A stretch of DNA of 64,000 nucleotides from Eledone cirrhosa (lineage: Eukaryota): NCBI GenBank assembly GCA_964016885.1, contig OZ024755.1, positions 44,950,001-45,014,000 on the forward strand, in the 5' to 3' direction. Shown here piece after piece: positions 31,501 through 48,900 of the stretch. Position 1 is the stretch's first letter, and every line of letters begins with the position of its first letter. The position numbers and the translations under genes are program-made. The notes below the pieces were generated by a model that had not been told where the DNA came from, made no database searches, and worked only from the letters and a program-made list of their open reading frames with translations.

Positions 31501-33410
31501 CCACAGTTGACAGTACCAACATATAATGTGTACCACATTTGACAGTAACAACATATACTGTGTACCACAGTTTAGAGTACCAACATTAACTGTGTATCAC
31601 AGTTGACAGTACCAACATATACCGTGTACCGCAGTTGAGAGTACCTACATATACTGTGTACCACAGTTGACAGTACCAACATATACTGTGTACCACATTT
31701 GACAGTACCAACGTATACTGTGTACCACAGTTGACAGTAGCAACATATACAGTGTACCACAGTTGACAGTACCAACATATACTGTGTACCACAGTTGACA
31801 GTACTAACATATACTGTGTACCATAGTTGACAGTACCCACGTATACTGTGTACCATAGTTGACAGTACCAACATATACTGTGTACCACAGTTGACAGTAC
31901 CAACATATACTGTGTACCATAGTTGACAGTACCAACGTATACTGTGTACCACAGTTGACAGTACCAACATATACCGTCTACCACAGTTGACAGTACCAAC
32001 ATAAACTGTGTACCAGAGTTGACAGTACCAACATATACTGTGTACCACAGTTGACAGTACCAACATATACCGTGTACCACAGTTGACAGTACCAACGTAT
32101 AATGTGTACCACAGTTGACAGTACCAACATATAATGTGTACCACCGTTGACAGTACCAACATATACTGTGTATCACAGTTGACAGTACCAACATATACCG
32201 TGTTACCACAGTTGAGAGTACCAACATATACTGTGTACCACATTTGACAGTACCAACATATAATGTGTACCACTGTTGACAGTACCAACGTATACTGTGT
32301 ACCACATTTAACAGTTCCAACATATACTGTGTACCACAGTTATCAGTACCAACGTACACTGTGTACCACTGTTGACAGTACCAACATATACAGTGTACCA
32401 CAGTTGACAGTACCAACATATACTGTGTACCACAGTTAACAGTACCAACATATACCGTGTACCACAGTTGACAGTACCAACATATACGGTGTACCACAGT
32501 TGAAAGTACCAACGTATACTGTGTACCACAGTTGACAGTATCAACATATGCTGCGTACCACAGTTGACAGTACCAACATATACTGTGTACGACAGTTGAC
32601 AGTACCAACGTATACTGTGTACCACAGTTGACAGTACCAACATATAATGTGTACCACAGTTGACAGTACCAACAAATACTGTGTACCACAGTTGGCAGTA
32701 CCAACATATACTGTGTACCACATTTGACAGTACCAACATATACAGTGTACCACAGTTGACAGTACCAACATATATTGTGTACCACAGTTGACAGTACTAA
32801 CGTATACTGTGTACCACAGTTGACAATACCAACATATACTGTGTACCACAGTTGACAGTACCATCATATACTGTGTACCACAGTTGACAGTACCAACATA
32901 TACTGTGTACCACAGTTGACAGTACCAACGTATACTGTGTACCACAGTTGACAGTACCAACATATACTGTGTACCACAGTTTAGAGTACCAACATATACT
33001 GTGTACCACAGTTGGCAGTACCAACATATACTGTGTACCACATTTGACAGTACCAACATATACAGTGTACCACAGTTGACAGTACCACATATACTGTGTA
33101 CCACAGTTGACAGTACCAACATATACTGTGTACCATAGTTGACAGTACCAACGTATACTGCGTACCACAGTTGACAGTACCAACATATACTGTGTACCAC
33201 AGTTGACAGTACCAGCATATACTGTGTACCATAGTTGACAGTAGCAACGTATATGTGTACCACTGTTGTCATTACTAACATATGCCGTGTACCACAGTTG
33301 ACAGTACCAACATATACTGTGTACCACAGTTGACAGTACCAACGTATACTGTGTACCACTGTTGACAGTACCAACATATACAGTGTACCACAGTTGACAG
33401 TACCAACATA
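18930..33410 (+). repeat. ~6 kb segmental duplication (~18930-24905 copied at ~27375-33410, offset 8442, later 8506)
   Basis: The rare variant TGACAGAGAGCATCAT occurs at 19291 and 27733. ORF pairs 19303..19626/27745..28068 and 22533..22934/30975..31376 are offset by 8442. The pair 23066..23782/31572..32288 is offset by 8506 (two extra monomers). Confidence 0.92.
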
Positions 33411-33969
33411 TACCGTGTACCACAGTTGACAGTACCAACATATACTGTGTACCAGATTTGAGAGTACCAACATATACTGTGTACCACTTTTGACAGTACC
33501 AACATATACTGTGTACCACAGTTGACAGTACCAACGTATACTGTGTACCAGAGTTAACAGTACCAACATATACTGTGTACCACAGTTAACAGTACCAACG
33601 TATACTGTGTACCACAATTGACAGTACCAACATATACAGTGTACCAGAGTTGACAGTACTAATATATAATGTGTACCACAGTTGACAGTACAAACATATA
33701 CTGTGTACCACAGTTGACACTACTAACATATACTGTGTACCACAGTTGACAGTATCCACGTATATGTGTACCACATATTGACAGTACCAACATATACTGT
33801 GTACCACAATTGAGAGTACCAACGTATACTGTGTACCACAGTTGACAGTACCAACGTATACTGTGTACCACAGTTGACAGTACCAACGTATACTGTGTAC
33901 CAAAGTTGACAGTATCAACGTATATGTGTACCACATATTGACAGTACCAACATATACTGTGTACCACCG

Positions 33970-36900
33970 TTGACAGTACCAACGTATACTGTGTACCACA
34001 GTTGACAGTACCAACGTATACTGTGTACCACATTTGACAGTACCAACGTACACTGTGTACCACAGTTGACAGTACCAACATATACAGTGCACCACAGTTG
34101 ACAGTACCAACATATACTGTGTACCTCAGTTGACAGTACCAACATATACTGTGTACCATAGTTGACAGTACCAACGTATACTGTGTACCACATTTGACAG
34201 TACCAACATATACCGTGTACCACAGTTGATAGTACCAATACATACTGTGTACCATAGTTGACAGTACCAACATATACTGTGTACCATAGTTGACAGTACC
34301 AACGTATACTCTGTACCACAATTGAGAGTACCAACATATACCGTGTACCACAGTTGACAGTACCAATATATACTGTGTACCACAGTTGACAGTACCAACA
34401 TATACTGTGTACCACAGTTGACAGTACGAACATATACTGTGTACCAGAGTTGACAGTACCAACATATACTGTGTACCAGAGTTGACAGTACTAACATATA
34501 CAGTGTACCACAGTTGACAGTACCAACATATACTGTGTACCACAGTTGACAGTACCAACATATACTGGGTACCACAGTTATCAGTACCAACGTACACTGT
34601 GTACCACCGTTGACAGTACCAACATATACAGTGTACCACAGTTGACAGTACCAACATATACTGTGTACCACAGTTAACAGTACCAACATATACCGTGTAC
34701 CACAGTTGACAGTACCAACATATACTGTGTACCATAGTTGAAAGTACCAGCGTATACTGTGTACCACAGTTGATAGTATCAACATATACTGTGTACCACA
34801 GTTGACAGTACCAACATATAGTGTGTACGACAGTTGACAGTACCAACGTATACTGTGTACCACAGTTGACAGTACCAACATATACTGTGTACCACAGTTG
34901 ACAGTACCAACATATACTATGTACCACAGTTGGCAGTACCAACATATACTGTGTACCACATTTGACAGTACCAACATATACAGTGTACCACAGTTGACAG
35001 TACCAACATATATTGTGTACCACAGTTGACAGTACTAACGTATACTGTGTACCACAGTTGACAATACCAACATATACTGTGTACCACAGTTGACAGTACC
35101 ATCATATACTGTATACCACAGTTGACAGTACCAACATATACTGTGTACCACAGTTGACAGTACCAACGTATACTGTGTACCACAGTTGACAGTACCAACA
35201 TATACTGTGTACCACAGTTGACAGTACCAACATATACAGTGTACCACATTTGACAGTACCAACATATACTGTGTACCACAGTTGACAGTATCAACGTATA
35301 TGTGTACCACTATTGTCAGTACTAACATATGCCGTGTACCACAGTTGACAGTACCAACATATACTGTGTACCACAGTTGACAGTACCAACGTATACTGTG
35401 TACCACTGTTGACAGTACCAACATGTACAGTGTACCACAGTTGACAGTACCAACATATACTGTGTACCAGAGTTGACAGTACTAACATATACAGTGTACC
35501 ACAGTTGACAGTACCAACATATACTGTGTACCACAGTTGACAGTACCAACATATACTGGGTACCAGAGTTGACAGTACCAACATATACTGTGTACCACAG
35601 TTGACAGTACCAACATATACCGTGTACCACAGTTGACAGTACCAACGTATACTGTGTACCACAGTTGACAGTACCAACATATAATGTGTACCACCGTTGG
35701 CAGTACCAACATATACTGTGTATCACAGTTGACAGTACCAACATATACCGTGTTACCACAGTTGAGAGTACCAACATATACTGTGTACCACAGTTGACAG
35801 TACCAACATATAATGTGTACCACTGTTGACAGTACCAACGTATACTGTGTACCACATTTAACAGTTCCAACATATACTGTGTACCACAGTTATCAGTACC
35901 AACGTACACTGTGTACCACTGTTGACAGTACCAACATATACAGTGTACCACAGTTGACAGTACCAACATATACTGTGTACCACCGTTAACAGTACCAACA
36001 TATACCGTGTACCACAGTTGACAGTACCAACATATACTGTGTACCACAGTTGAAAGTACCAATGTATACTGTGTATCACAGTTGACAGTATCAACATATA
36101 CTGTGTACCACAGTTGACAGTACCAACATATACTTTGTACGACAGTTGACAGTACCAACGTATACTGTGTACCACAGTTGACAGTACCAACATATACTGT
36201 GTACCACAGTTGACAGTACCAACATATACTGTGTACCACAGTTGGCAGTACCAACATATACTGTGTACCACATTTGACAGTACCAACGTATACTGTGTAC
36301 CACAGTTGACAGTACCAACATATACCGTCTACCACAGTTGACAGTACCAACATAAACTGTGTACCAGAGTTGACAGTACCAACATATACTGTGTACCACA
36401 GTTGACAGTACCAACATTTACCGTGTACCACAGTTGACAGTACCAACATATACTGTGTACCACAGTTGACAGTACCAACATATACTGTGTACCATAGTTG
36501 ACAGTACCAACGTATACGGCGTACCACAGTTGACAGTTCCAACATATACTGTGTACCACAGTTGACAGTACCAACATATACTGTGTACCATAGTTGACAG
36601 TATCAACGTATATGTGTACCACTGTTGTCAGTACTAACATATGCCGTGTACCACAGTTGACAGTACCAACATATAGTGTGTACCACAGTTGACAGTACCA
36701 ACGTATACTGTGTACCACTGTTGACAGTACCAACATATACAGTGTACCACAGTTGACAGTACCAACATATACTGTGTACCACAGTTGACAGTAACAACAT
36801 ATACTGTGTACCATAGATGACAGTACCAACGTATACTGTGTACCACAGTTGACAGTACCAACATATACCGTGTACCACAGTTGACAGTACCAACATATAC

Positions 36901-39900
36901 TGTGTACCAGATTTGACAGTACCAACATATACTGTGTACCACTGCTGACAGTACCAACATATACTGTGTACCACAGTTGACAGTACCAACGTATACTGTG
37001 TACCAGAGTTAACAGTGCCAACATATACTGTGTACCACTGTTGACAGTACCAACATATACTGTGTACCACAGTTGACAGTACCAACATATACTGTGTACC
37101 ACAGTTGACAGTACCAACGTATACTGTGTACCAAAGTTGACAGTATCAACGTATATGTGTACCACATATTGACAGTACCAACATATACTGTGTACCACCG
37201 TTGACAGTACCAACGTATACTGTGTACCACAGTTGACAGTACCAACGTATACTGTGTACCACAGTTGACAGTACCAACGTATACTGTGTACCACAGTTGA
37301 CAGTACAAACATATACAGTGCACCACAGTTGACAGTACCAACATATATAGTGTACCTCAGTTGACAGTACCAACATATACTGTGTACCATAGTTGACAGT
37401 ACCAACGTATACTGTGTACCACATTTGACAGTACCAACATATACCGTGTACCACAGTTGATAGTACCAATACATACTGTGTACCATAGTTGACAGTACCA
37501 ACATATACTGTGTACCATAGTTGACAGTACCAACGTATACTCTGTACCACAATTGAGAGTACCAACATATACCGTGTACCACAGTTGACAGTACCAATAT
37601 ATACTGTGTACCACAGTTGACAGTACCAACATATACTGTGTACCACAGTTGACAGTACTAACATATACTGTGTACCAGAGTTGACAGTACCAACATATAC
37701 TGTGTACCAGAGTTGACAGTACTAACATATACAGTGTACCACAGTTGACAGTACCAACATATACTGTGTACCACAGTTGACAGTACCAACATATACTGGG
37801 TACCACAGTTGACAATACCATCATATACTGTGTACCACAGTTGACACTACCAACATAAACTGTGTACCAGAGTTGACAGTACCAACATATACTGTGTACC
37901 ACAGTTGAAAGTACCAACGTATACTCTGTACCACAGTTGACAGTACCAACATATACTGTGTACCAGAGTTGACAGTACCAACATATACCGTGTACCACAG
38001 TTGACAGTACCAACGTATACTGTGTACCACATTTGACAGTACCAACATACACTGTGTACCACAGTTGACAGTACCAACATATAGTGTGTACCACAGTTGG
38101 CAGTACCAACATATACTGTGTACCACAGTTGACAGTACCAACATATACTGTGTACCACAGTTGACAGTACCAACATATATTGTGTACCACGGTTGACAGT
38201 ACCAACATATAATGGGTGCCACTGTTCACAGTACCAACATATACTGTGTACCACAGTTGACAATACCAACGTATACTGTGTACCACAGTTGACAGTACCC
38301 ACATATACTGGGTACCACATTTGACAATACCAACGTATACTGTGTACCACAGTTGACAGTACCCACATATACTGGGTACCACAGTTGACAGTACCAATAT
38401 ATACTGTGTACCACAGTTAGCAGTACCAACATATACTGTGTACCACAGTTGACAGAACCAACATATACTGTGTACCACAGTTGACAGTACCAACATATAC
38501 TGGGTGCCACAGTTGACAATACCAACGTATTCTGTGTACCACAGTTGACACTACTAACATATACTGTGTACCACTGTTGACAGTACTAACGTATAATGTG
38601 TACCACAGTTAAGAGTACCAACATATACTGTGTACCACAGTTGACAGTACCAACATATACTGTTTACCATATATGACAGTACCAACGTATACTGTGTACC
38701 TCAGTTGACAGTACCAACATATACCGTGTACCACAGTTGACAGTGCCAACGTATACTGTGTACCTCAGTTGACAGTGTCAACATATACTGTGTACCACAG
38801 TTGACAGTACCAACATATACTGTGTACCAGAGTTGACAGTACCAACATATACTGTGTACCACATTTGACAGTACCAACATATACTGTGTACCACAGTTGA
38901 CAGTACCAACATATACTGTGTACCATAGTTGACAGTACTAACATATACTGTGTACCACAGTTGACAGTACCAACATATACTTAGTACCATAGTTGACAGA
39001 TCCAACATATACTGTGTACCTCAGTTGACAGTATCAACATATACTGTGTACCACAGTTGACAGTACCAACATATACTGTGTACCACAGTTGAGAGTACCA
39101 ACATATACTGTATATCACAGTTGACAGTACCAACATATACTGTGTACCACAGTTGAGAGTACCAACCTATACTGTGTACCACAATTGACAGTACCAACAT
39201 ATACTGTGTACCACTGTTGACAGTACCAACGTATACTGTGTACCACAGTTAACAGTACCAACATATACTGTGTACCACAGTTGACAGTACCAACGTATAC
39301 TGTGTAACACAGTTGACAGTAGCAACATATACAGTGTACAACAGTTCACAGTACCAACATATACCGCATACCACAGTTCACAGTACCAACGTATATTGTG
39401 TACCACAGTTGATACTACCAACATATACTGTGTACCACCGTTGACATTACTAACATATACTGTGTATCACAGTTGACAGTACCAACATATACCGTGTTAC
39501 CACAATTGAGAGTACCAACATATACAGTGTACCAAAGTTGACAGTACCAACATATATTGTGTACCACAGTTATCAGTACCGACGTACACTGTGTACCACT
39601 GTTGACAGTACCAACGTATACTGTGTACCACATTTAACAGTACCAACACATATTGTGTACCACAGTTATCAGTACCGACGTACACTGTGTACCACTGTTG
39701 ACAGTACCAACATATACAGTGTACCACAGTTGACAGTACCAACATATACTGTGTACCATAGTTGACAGTACCAACGTATACTGCGTACCACAGTTGACAG
39801 TACCAACATATACTGTGTACCACAGTTGACAGTACCAACATATACTGTGTACCATAGTTGACAGTATCAACGTATATGTGTACCACTGTTATCAGTACTA

Positions 39901-42900
39901 ACATATGCTTTGTACCACAGTTGACAGTACCAACATATACTGTGTACCACAGTTGACACACCAACATGTCCTGTGTACCTCAGTTGACAGTACCAACATA
40001 TACTGTGTACCACAGTTGACAGTACCAACATATACTGTGTACCACAGTTGACAGTACCAACGTATACTGTGTACCACAGTTGACAGTACCAACGTATACT
40101 GTGTACCACAGTTGACAGTACCAACATATACTGTGTACCACAGTTGATAGAACCAACATATACCGTGTACCACAGTTGACAGTACCAACATATACTGTGT
40201 ACTACAGTTGACAGTACCAACGTATACTGTGTACCACAGTTGACAGTACCCACATATACTGGGTACCACAGTTGACAATACCATCATATACTGTGTACCA
40301 CAGTAGACACAACCAACATAAACTGTGTACCACAGTTGACAGTACCAATATATACTGTGTACCACAGTTGGCAGTACCAACATATACTGTGTACCACAGT
40401 TGGCAGTACCAACATTTACTGTGTACCACAGTTGACAGAACCAACATATACTGTGTACCACAGTTGACAGTACCAACATATACTGGGTGCCACTATTCAC
40501 AGTACCAACATATACGGTGTACCACAGTTGACAATACCAACATATACTGTGTACCACATTTGACAGTACTAACGTATAATGTGTACCGCAGTTGACAGTA
40601 CCAACATATACTGTGTACTACAGTTGACAGTACCAACGTATACTGCGTACCACAGTTGACAGTACCAACATATACAGTGTACCACAGTTGACAGTACCTA
40701 CATATATTGTGTACCACAGTTGACAATACCAACATATAATATGTACCACAGTTGAAAGTACCAACGTATACTTGTACCAGAGTTGACAGTACCAACATAT
40801 TCTGTGTACCACAATTGACGTTACCATCATATACTGTGTACCACAGTTGACAGTACCAACATATACATTGTACCACAGTTGACAGTACCCACATATACTG
40901 GGTACCACAGTTGACAATAGCATCATATAATGTGTACCACAGTTGACACTACCAACATAAACTGTGTACCACAGTTGGTAGTACCAACATATACTGTGTA
41001 CCACAGTTGACAGTACCAACGTATACTGTGTACCACAGTTGACAGTACCAACATATACTGTGTACCACAGTTGACAGTACCAACATATACTGTGTACCAC
41101 AGTTGACAGTACCAACGTATACTGTGTACCACAGTTGACAGTACCAACATATACTGTGTACCACAGTTGACAGTACCAACATATACTGTGTACCACAGTT
41201 GGCAGTACCAACAAATACTGTGTACCACATTTGACAGTACCAACATATACAGTGTACTACAGTTGACAGTACCAACATATACAGTGTACCACAGTTGACA
41301 GTACCAACATATACTGTGTGCCATATTTGAGAGTACCAACGTATACTGCGTACCACAGTTGACAGTACCAACATATACTGTGTACCATAGTTGACAGTAT
41401 CAACGTATATGTGTACCACTGTTGTCAGTACTAACATATGCCGTGTACCACAGTTGAGAGTACCAACATATACTGTGTACCACAGTTGACAGTACCGACA
41501 TATACTGTGTACCTCAGTTGACAGTACCAACATATACTGTGTACCACAGTTGATAGTACCAACATATACTGTGTACCACAGTTGACAGTACCAACGTATA
41601 CTGTGTACCACGGTTGACAGTACCAACATATACTGTGTCCCACAGTTGACAGTACCAACATATACTGTGTACCACAGTTGACAGTACTAACATATACTGT
41701 GTACCACACTTGACAGTACCAACATATTCTGTGTACCACAGTTGACAGTACCAACATAGACTGTGTACCACAGTTGACAGTACTAACAGATACTGTGTAC
41801 CACAGTTGACAGTACCCACATATAATGGGTAGCACAGTTGACAGTACCAATGTATACCGTGTACCACAGTTGACAGTACCAACATATACTGTGTAGCACA
41901 GTTTACAGTACCCACATATACTGTGTACCACAGTTGACAGTACCAACATATAATATGTACCACAGTTGAAAGTACCAACGTATACTGTGTACCACTGTTG
42001 ACAGTACCAACGTATACTGTGTACCACAGTTGACAGTACCAACATATACTATTTACCACAGTTGATAGTACCAACATATACAGTGCACCACAGTTGACAG
42101 TACCAACATATACAGTGCACCACAGTTGACAGTACCAACATATACTGTGTACCTCAGTTGACAGTACCAACGTATACTGTGTACCACAGTTGACAGTACC
42201 AACGTATACTGTGTACCACATTTGACAGTACCAACGTACACTGTGTACCACAGTTGACAGTACCAACATATACAGTGCACCACAGTTGACAGTACCAACA
42301 TATACTGTGTACCTCAGTTGACAGTACCAACATATACTGTGTACCATAGTTGACAGTACCAACGTATACTGTGTACCACATTTGACAGTACCAACATATA
42401 CCGTGTACCACAGTTGATAGTACCAATACATACTGTGTACCATAGTTGACAGTACCAACATATACTGTGTACCATAGTTGACAGTACCAACGTATACTCT
42501 GTACCACAATTGAGAGTACCAACATATACCGTGTACCACAGTTGACAGTACCAATATATACTGTGTACCACAGTTGACAGTACCAACATATACTGTGTAC
42601 CACAGTTGACAGTACGAACATATACTGTGTACCAGAGTTGACAGTACCAACATATACTGTGTACCAGAGTTGACAGTACTAACATATACAGTGTACCACA
42701 GTTGACAGTACCAACATATACTGTGTACCACAGTTGACAGTACCAACATATACTGGGTACCACAGTTATCAGTACCAACGTACACTGTGTACCACCGTTG
42801 ACAGTACCAACATATACAGTGTACCACAGTTGACAGTACCAACATATACTGTGTACCACAGTTAACAGTACCAACATATACCGTGTACCACAGTTGCAGT

Positions 42901-45900
42901 ACCAACATATACTGTGTACCATAGTTGAAAGTACCAGCGTATACTGTGTACCACAGTTGATAGTATCAACATATACTGTGTACCACAGTTGACAGTACCA
43001 ACATATAGTGTGTACGACAGTTGACAGTACCAACGTATACTGTGTACCACAGTTGACAGTACCAACATATACTATGTACCACAGTTGGCAGTACCAACAT
43101 ATACTGTGTACCACATTTGACAGTACCAACATATACAGTGTACCACAGTTGACAGTACCAACATATATTGTGTACCACAGTTGACAGTACTAACGTATAC
43201 TGTGTACCACAGTTGACAATACCAACATATACTGTGTACCACAGTTGACAGTACCATCATATACTGTATACCACAGTTGACAGTACCAACATATACTGTG
43301 TACCACAGTTGACAGTACCAACGTATACTGTGTACCACAGTTGACAGTACCAACATATACTGTGTACCACAGTTGACAGTACCAACATATACTGTGTACC
43401 ACAGTTGGCAGTACCAACATATACTGTGTACCACATTTGACAGTACCAACATATACAGTGTACCACATTTGACAGTACCAACATATACTGTGTACCACAG
43501 TTGACAGTATCAACGTATATGTGTACCACTATTGTCAGTACTAACATATGCCGTGTACCACAGTTGACAGTACCAACATATACTGTGTACCACAGTTGAC
43601 AGTACCAACGTATACTGTGTACCACTGTTGACAGTACCAACATATACAGTGTACCACAGTTGACAGTACCAACATATACTGTGTACCAGAGTTGACAGTA
43701 CTAACATATACAGTGTACCACAGTTGACAGTACCAACATATACTGTGTACCACAGTTGACAGTACCAACATATACTGGGTACCAGAGTTGACAGTACCAA
43801 CATATACTGTGTACCACAGTTGACAGTACCAACATATACCGTGTACCACAGTTGACAGTACCAACGTATACTGTGTATCACAGTTGACAGTACCAACATA
43901 TACCGTGTTACCACAGTTGAGAGTACCAACATATACTGTGTACCACAGTTGACAGTACCAACATATAATGTGTACCACTGTTGACAGTACCAACGTATAC
44001 TGTGTACCACATTTAACAGTTCCAACATATACTGTGTACCACAGTTATCAGTACCAACGTACACTGTGTACCACTGTTGACAGTACCAACATATACAGTG
44101 TACCACAGTTGACAGTACCAACATATACTGTGTACCACCGTTAACAGTACCAACATATACCGTGTACCACAGTTGACAGTACCAACATATACTGTGTACC
44201 ACAGTTGAAAGTACCAATGTATACTGTGTATCACAGTTGACAGTATCAACATATACTGTGTACCACAGTTGACAGTACCAACATATACTTTGTACGACAG
44301 TTGACAGTACCAACGTATACTGTGTACCACAGTTGACAGTACCAACATATACTGTGTACCACAGTTGACAGTACCAACATATACTGTGTACCACAGTTGG
44401 CAGTACCAACATATACTGTGTACCACATTTGACAGTACCAACGTATACTGTGTACCACAGTTGACAGTACCAACATATACCGTCTACCACAGTTGACAGT
44501 ACCAACATAAACTGTGTACCAGAGTTGACAGTACCAACATATACTGTGTACCACAGTTGACAGTACCAACATTTACCGTGTACCACAGTTGACAGTACCA
44601 ACATATACTGTGTACCACAGTTGACAGTACCAACATATACTGTGTACCATAGTTGACAGTACCAACGTATACGGCGTACCACAGTTGACAATTCCAACAT
44701 ATACTGTGTACCACAGTTGACAGTACCAACATATACTGTGTACCATAGTTGACAGTATCAACGTATATGTGTACCACTGTTGTCAGTACTAACATATGCC
44801 GTGTACCACAGTTGACAGTACCAACATATAGTGTGTACCACAGTTGACAGTACCAACGTATACTGTGTACCACTGTTGACAGTACCAACATATACAGTGT
44901 ACCACAGTTGACAGTACCAACATATACTGTGTACCACAGTTGACAGTAACAACATATACTGTGTACCATAGATGACAGTACCAACGTATACTGTGTACCA
45001 CAGTTGACAGTACCAACATATACCGTGTACCACAGTTGACAGTACCAACATATACTGTGTACCAGATTTGACAGTACCAACATATACTGTGTACCACTGC
45101 TGACAGTACCAACATATACTGTGTACCACAGTTGACAGTACCAACGTATACTGTGTACCAGAGTTAACAGTGCCAACATATACTGTGTACCACTGTTGAC
45201 AGTACCAACATATACTGTGTACCACAGTTGACAGTACCAACATATACTGTGTACCACAGTTGACAGTACCAACGTATACTGTGTACCAAAGTTGACAGTA
45301 TCAACGTATATGTGTACCACATATTGACAGTACCAACATATACTGTGTACCACCGTTGACAGTACCAACGTATACTGTGTACCACAGTTGACAGTACCAA
45401 CGTATACTGTGTACCACAGTTGACAGTACCAACGTATACTGTGTACCACAGTTGACAGTACAAACATATACAGTGCACCACAGTTGACAGTACCAACATA
45501 TATAGTGTACCTCAGTTGACAGTACCAACATATACTGTGTACCATAGTTGACAGTACCAACGTATACTGTGTACCACATTTGACAGTACCAACATATACC
45601 GTGTACCACAGTTGATAGTACCAATACATACTGTGTACCATAGTTGACAGTACCAACATATACTGTGTACCATAGTTGACAGTACCAACGTATACTCTGT
45701 ACCACAATTGAGAGTACCAACATATACCGTGTACCACAGTTGACAGTACCAATATATACTGTGTACCACAGTTGACAGTACCAACATATACTGTGTACCA
45801 CAGTTGACAGTACTAACATATACTGTGTACCAGAGTTGACAGTACCAACATATACTGTGTACCAGAGTTGACAGTACTAACATATACAGTGTACCACAGT

Positions 45901-48900
45901 TGACAGTACTAACATATACTGTGTACCACAGTTGACAGTACCAACATATACTGGGTACCACAGTTGACAATACCATCATATACTGTGTACCACAGTTGAC
46001 ACTACCAACATAAACTGTGTACCAGAGTTGACAGTACCAACATATACTGTGTACCACAGTTGAAAGTACCAACGTATACTCTGTACCACAGTTGACAGTA
46101 CCAACATATACTGTGTACCAGAGTTGACAGTACCAACATATACCGTGTACCACAGTTGACAGTACCAACGTATACTGTGTACCACATTTGACAGTACCAA
46201 CATACACTGTGTACCACAGTTGACAGTACCAACATATAGTGTGTACCACAGTTGGCAGTACCAACATATACTGTGTACCACAGTTGACAGTACCAACATA
46301 TACTGTGTACCACAGTTGACAGTACCAACATATATTGTGTACCACGGTTGACAGTACGAACATATAATGGGTGCCACTGTTCACAGTACCAACATATACT
46401 GTGTACCACAGTTGACAATACCAACGTATACTGTGTACCACAGTTGACAGTACCCACATATACTGGGTACCACAGTTGACAATACCAACGTATACTGTGT
46501 ACCACAGTTGACAGTACCCACATATACTGGGTACCACAGTTGACAGTACCAATATATACTGTGTACCACAGTTAGCAGTACCAACATATACTGTGTACCA
46601 CAGTTGACAGAACCAACATATACTGTGTACCACAGTTGACAGTACCAACATATACTGGGTGCCACAGTTGACAATACCAACGTATTCTGTGTACCACAGT
46701 TGACACTACTAACATATACTGTGTACCACTGTTGACAGTACTAACGTATAATGTGTACCAAAGTTAAGAGTACCAACATATACTGTGTACCACAGTTGAC
46801 AGTACCAACATATACTGTTTACCATATATGACAGTACCAACGTATACTGTGTACCTCAGTTGACAGTACCAACATATACCGTGTACCACAGTTGACAGTG
46901 CCAACGTATACTGTGTACCTCAGTTGACAGTGTCAACATATACTGTGTACCACAGTTGACAGTACCAACATATACTGTGTACCAGAGTTGACAGTACCAA
47001 CATATACTGTGTACCACATTTGACAGTACCAACATATACTGTGTACCACAGTTGACAGTACCAACATATACTGTGTACCATAGTTGACAGTACTAACATA
47101 TACTGTGTACCACAGTTGACAGTACCAACATATACTTAGTACCATAGTTGACAGTTCCAACATATACTGTGTACCTCAGTTGACAGTATCAACATATACT
47201 GTGTACCACAGTTGACAGTACCAACATATACTGTGTACCACAGTTGAGAGTACCAACATATACTGTATATCACAGTTGACAGTACCAACATATACTGTGT
47301 ACCACAGTTGAGAGTACCAACCTATACTGTGTACCACAATTGACAGTACCAACATATACTGTGTACCACTGTTGACAGTACCAACGTATACTGTGTACCA
47401 CAGTTAACAGTACCAACATATACTGTGTACCACAGTTGACAGTACCAACGTATACTGTGTAACACAGTTGACAGTAGCAACATATACAGTGTACAACAGT
47501 TCACAGTACCAACATATACCGCATACCACAGTTCACAGTACCAACGTATATTGTGTACCACAGTTGATACTACCAACATATACTGTGTACCACCGTTGAC
47601 ATTACTAACATATACTGTGTATCACAGTTGACAGTACCAACATATGCCGTGTTACCACAATTGAGAGTACCAACATATACAGTGTACCACAGTTGACAGT
47701 ACCAACATATATTGTGTACCACAGTTATCAGTACCGACGTACACTGTGTACCACTGTTGACAGTACCAACGTATACTGTGTACCACATTTAACAGTACCA
47801 ACACATATTGTGTACCACAGTTATCAGTACCGACGTACACTGTGTACCACTGTTGACAGTACCAACATATACAGTGTACCACAGTTGACAGTACCAACAT
47901 ATACTGTGTACCATAGTTGACAGTACCAACGTATACTGCGTACCACAGTTGACAGTACCAACATATACTGTGTACCACAGTTGACAGTACCAACATATAC
48001 TGTGTACCATAGTTGACAGTATCAACGTATATGTGTACCACTGTTATCAGTACTAACATATGCTTTGTACCACAGTTGACAGTACCAACATATACTGTGT
48101 ACCACAGTTGACACACCAACATGTCCTGTGTACCTCAGTTGACAGTACCAACATATACTGTGTACCACAGTTGACAGTACCAACATATACTGTGTACCAC
48201 AGTTGACAGTACCAACGTATACTGTGTACCACAGTTGACAGTACCAACGTATACTGTGTACCACAGTTGACAGTACCAACATATACTGTGTACCACAGTT
48301 GATAGAACCAACATATACCGTGTACCACAGTTGACAGTACCAACATATACTGTGTACTACAGTTGACAGTACCAACGTATACTGTGTACCACAGTTGACA
48401 GTACCCACATATACTGGGTACCACAGTTGACAATACCATCATATACTGTGTACCACAGTAGACACAACCAGCATAAACTGTGTACCACAGTTGACAGTAC
48501 CAATATATACTGTGTACCACAGTTGGCAGTACCAACATATACTGTGTACCACAGTTGGCAGTACCAACATTTACTGTGTACCACAGTTGACAGAACCAAC
48601 ATATACTGTGTACCACAGTTGACAGTACCAACATATACTGGGTGCCACTATTCACAGTACCAACATATACGGTGTACCACAGTTGACAATACCAACATAT
48701 ACTGTGTACCACATTTGACAGTACTAACGTATAATGTGTACCGCAGTTGACAGTACCAACATATACTGTGTACTACAGTTGACAGTACCAACGTATACTG
48801 CGTACCACAGTTGACAGTACCAACATATACAGTGTACCACAGTTGACAGTACCTACATATATTGTGTACCACAGTTGACAATACCAACATATAATATGTA